Assembly (NCBI GenBank): GCA_035264705.1
Contig: DATFPS010000166.1
Coordinates: forward strand, 1 to 29,274
Length of the DNA stretch: 29,274 nucleotides
Reading direction: 5' to 3'
From: Nitrososphaeraceae archaeon
GTDB lineage: Archaea > Thermoproteota > Nitrososphaeria > Nitrososphaerales > Nitrososphaeraceae
Below are positions 26,686 through 29,274 of this stretch, piece after piece (the stretch's first letter is position 1; each line of letters begins with the position of its first letter). The translations under genes and the position numbers were made by a program. The notes under the pieces are model-generated. The model was given only the letters and a program-made list of their open reading frames with translations, was not told the DNA's origin and ran no database searches.

Positions 26686-27447
26686 ATGAAATTGAAAGGC
26701 AAAGTTGCAATAGTCACTGGTGCAGGAGGAGGGGTAGGAAAGTCTATAACACAAAGACTCATTTCTGAAGGATCCAAGGTAGTACTTATAGGGAGACAGC
26801 GGGATAAACTAATGCGCTCTATAGCAGAAGTTGGTGACGATAACAAGAATGTTTTGCCAGTTACCGCAGATATTACAAAAGAGGCGGAAGTATTAAATGC
26901 TATAGAACAAACTCTTTCATCATTTGATACAGTTGATATTTTGATCAATAATGCGGGCATAATATATGATCCGACCCCGTTCCATTTAATGACTGATGAC
27001 CAATGGACCGGGCTGATCAACACGAATCTTCTCGGAACATTTAGGACTACGAAGGCGGTCCTGCCGATAATGATAGATAGAAAAGGCGGCTGCATTGTGA
27101 ATATTTCCTCTTTACTTGGAATGCGGTCCATCCCAAATGTACCATTCTCCGTGTATGGTGTCACAAAGGCTGGAGTGATCATGTTTACAAAAAGTATTGC
27201 TGTTGAGTACGGACCGTACGGAATCCGCTGCAATTGCATAGCTCCGTCTACCATTCGCAGTCCAATGATTGAACCATATTTGCAGGATGAAAACGCAAAA
27301 AAACTTCTTGAATCATCATTTCCCTTACGCAGAATCGGTGAACCCGATGATATTTCTGGTGCAGTAGTTTATTTTTGCTCCGACGACGCCAGATGGATAA
27401 CCGGGACGATTCTGACGGTAGACGGAGGAATATCCGCAAAGCAATAG
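26686..27447 (+). CDS. Classical short-chain dehydrogenase/reductase
   Basis: TGAGGGVG, NNAG, catalytic S...YGVTK, IRCNCIAPS, ITG-x-ILTVDGG. Start ATG 26686 preferred from TATA spacing (26665 possible). Confidence 0.93.
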   Translation: MKLKGKVAIVTGAGGGVGKSITQRLISEGSKVVLIGRQRDKLMRSIAEVGDDNKNVLPVTADITKEAEVLNAIEQTLSSFDTVDILINNAGIIYDPTPFHLMTDDQWTGLINTNLLGTFRTTKAVLPIMIDRKGGCIVNISSLLGMRSIPNVPFSVYGVTKAGVIMFTKSIAVEYGPYGIRCNCIAPSTIRSPMIEPYLQDENAKKLLESSFPLRRIGEPDDISGAVVYFCSDDARWITGTILTVDGGISAKQ

Positions 27448-27538
27448 GAGTAAGATAATCAATGCAAAGAAGATGTGGTATCTTCTTTATTTTACCGTAA
27501 TTCTTTCTCTGATGTGATAATCTAAATATATCAATTTT

Positions 27539-27976
27539 TTACTGTTCTGCTTCTTTTAAGAGTCTCACCGTGTTCTTTCTAACCAAGGGAATTATCTTTT
27601 CCATTATAATTTGATGAAAGTTCTCAGTGTCAACATCAAATGATAATAATAATACATAAGAAAGCCTGCTACTATCATTTGTAATGGGAATAGTTGCTCG
27701 AAGAAGTTTTTCATAATGCGAGCTTGCATAATAGATTTTCCCTAACAAGTATTCCCATCTTAGTCTAGTATACTGACGGGTAGCTGCTGTAATTGCATAT
27801 TGAGCTCTTTCTTCTGGCGTTAACAATGGTTTAAGACCCTTTCGTTCAGAAACAGCTAATATCTTGCCGTCTTCATCTGCGATTCCTGCAAACCTAATAG
27901 CGGAGTCAAGCGAAATAACCTCGTCACAGAATTCCTGAAAGAATTGTTGTTCCAAGTTAGATAATATAAAAAACAC
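27539..27976 (-). CDS. DUF6659-like small protein (profilin/roadblock-like sensor fold suspected)
   Basis: C-x2-V-x-SLD-x2-IRFAGI-x-D-x2-G-x-I-x-A...R-x-GL-x-PLL...LG-x-I-x-Y...YEK pattern, recalled as a thaumarchaeal expanded family. The start may be TTG 27955. Confidence 0.7.
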   Translation of the reverse strand: MFFILSNLEQQFFQEFCDEVISLDSAIRFAGIADEDGKILAVSERKGLKPLLTPEERAQYAITAATRQYTRLRWEYLLGKIYYASSHYEKLLRATIPITNDSSRLSYVLLLSFDVDTENFHQIIMEKIIPLVRKNTVRLLKEAEQ

Positions 27977-28079
27977 GTTATATTTTGACTTTCCTCATTA
28001 GTTAGAGGCTAGTAAAACATCTAATCGCGATTGTTAATTGACCTAAACGGGTAATATAAAATATGTCTCATGAATTTAT

Positions 28080-28910
28080 GGCTCTGATAACTTAACCTCC
28101 ATCACAACATCAGAAATGGTAAGAACCTTATTCTTTCGCTTTACACACTCAGATATAGTACAAATAATTCAACCAATTATTAGCATGTTGGCTTTTATCA
28201 CGTCTTTTTTTCTGCATGGAAGATAGTCATAATCAAAACACAGTCAGTCTTAACTTTTGTTTATTAGGATGAATCTTTCTATTATATTCTTTAATTTTGT
28301 GTCATATCTGATTATGCTTCAACATTAGCCATCTATGTGCATATATATATGCAAATATATCGACCAATGCCATCTGTAAATATAGGCTTTCTAACACCAC
28401 ATATTGTCTTCTCTTATCCGTTTGAAAACCGATAATATACAAATTGTTCTTTCTCTTGATAAATGCATATCGTAAGTATGACTTGAGGTTAGCTTCATTT
28501 GCAATTCATGACTAGTAATATTCCTCTGCCATTTGCCTATAAAAGAGTCCCATCAACAAATATTTCATTAAACAGTATAATATGTGTGTGTGTGTATTTA
28601 CACTGAATCTGTCTGTATATGTAGAATATTTCTTAACCCATTATTTCCAGATAGAAACACATGTGTGTATGTATTATGATGTATTATATTCTTATTCTTA
28701 ATACAGGTTCTAGACACTTTGAGTCAAACCTATAAACCCTAGAATCAAAAACAGGTATATACCATAGCAACTATCATTTAGTCAGTCTTCCTATAACTAT
28801 TCATTTCATACGCAGCGACTATACACTAGTACAGACAGACCTAACTTTATGCATTCTAAAGCGAAGGTCACTACTTGATATTATAGAATTAAGCCTTAGT
28901 TGACCGAGCC
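28080..28910 (-). mobile_element. Fossil IS6-family insertion sequence (relic 2), about 830 bp, transposase pseudogenised
   Basis: Minus-strand fragments in order: YGIYLF, LEP, VSIWK-WVKKYS...DRF, EIFVDGT, HLSRERTI, PIFTDG, RWLMLKH, KNIIERFI, FDYDYLPCRKK, QHANNWL. The ends GGCTCTGATAACTTAA (28080) and reverse-complement GGCTCGGTCAACTAAG (28910) match 11/16 and resemble IS6 inverted repeats. Confidence 0.8.
28583..28595. repeat. (TG)6 microsatellite inside IS relic 2
   Basis: TGTGTGTGTGTGT read directly from the sequence. Confidence 0.8.
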
Positions 28911-29141
28911 AGTTATGCTCATTCGTATATTATCCAATGCTAATTTCTACCTGGCGTATATTACTATATATTGTAACTACTTATAATGATATAGTATCAA
29001 CTAATGAAATTGATCATTAAGATTGTCAATTTCTAATTCTGAAAATTTGATAAACTATATTAAATTAGATTCATTTATATCTTTAAATCGTTTAAATATT
29101 TAGCAAAGACACTTTAACCGCCTATGACAATTTAAAATCTG

Positions 29142-29274
29142 TTGAATAATAAAAGGTATGTTTTAGATACAAGTATAATTATTGATGGAGAGATTACAAC
29201 CATGATTGAAGGCGGTCAGATTGATAATGGTAGTGATATTATAATTCCTTTGGCAGTTTTAGATGAGTTGCAGT
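29142..29274 (+). CDS. PIN-domain protein, N-terminus only (probably the PINc/VapC-family KH-ATPase, PINA-like); runs off the window
   Basis: Manual translation from TTG 29142 gives MNNKRYVLDTSIIIDGEITTMIEGGQIDNGSDIIIPLAVLDELQ, containing the PIN motifs hhDTS and IP-x2-V-x2-EL. Confidence 0.8.
   Translation, partial: MNNKRYVLDTSIIIDGEITTMIEGGQIDNGSDIIIPLAVLDELQ

Noticed and set aside
24818-27439. ORFs 24818..25222, 25898..26083, 26679..27254 and 27248..27439
   Set aside because: Antisense to purE, purK and the SDR.
27977-29141. CRISPR array or structured ncRNA in the long AT-rich region
   Set aside because: No regularly spaced repeats. Most of the region is explained by the IS6 fossil.

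Overview
Core chromosomal segment of a low-GC ammonia-oxidising archaeon (Nitrososphaerota/Thaumarchaeota, most likely Nitrososphaeraceae; inferred from protein sequences and gene order). In order: 3' end of bioD, then a hypothetical gene, then a tightly coupled four-gene operon (stand-alone nucleotidyltransferase, LLM/F420-type oxidoreductase, thiolase-fold protein, DUF35 Zn-ribbon/OB-fold protein). Next come a hypothetical gene and tRNA-Asn(GTT) with a 32-nt non-canonical intron at 27/28. The minus-strand S10/spc ribosomal cluster runs L3 to L6, includes an rps14 missed by the ORF track, and lacks L2, SUI1 and the L32e-secY tail. A decayed IS6-family transposase sits just upstream of rpl3, followed by a SPOUT methyltransferase, a CPGC redoxin, proteasome alpha and DUF371. 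The purine cluster (purC, purS, purQ, purL, purF, purE, purK) contains a tRNA-Thr(TGT) with an atypical G2:C71 acceptor pair and a stand-alone CBS protein. The window ends with an SDR, a DUF6659-like protein, a second ~830-bp fossil IS6 element with degenerate inverted repeats, and the start of a PIN-domain ATPase. There is no CRISPR array, rRNA, intact transposase or recognisable defence island. Best candidates for uncharacterised biology: the NTP-transferase/LLM/thiolase/DUF35 operon, the atypical tRNA-Thr, and a dispersed ~19-nt intergenic motif (ATACTGCAGGRCTTATT). All family assignments were made by eye from motifs, not from database searches.
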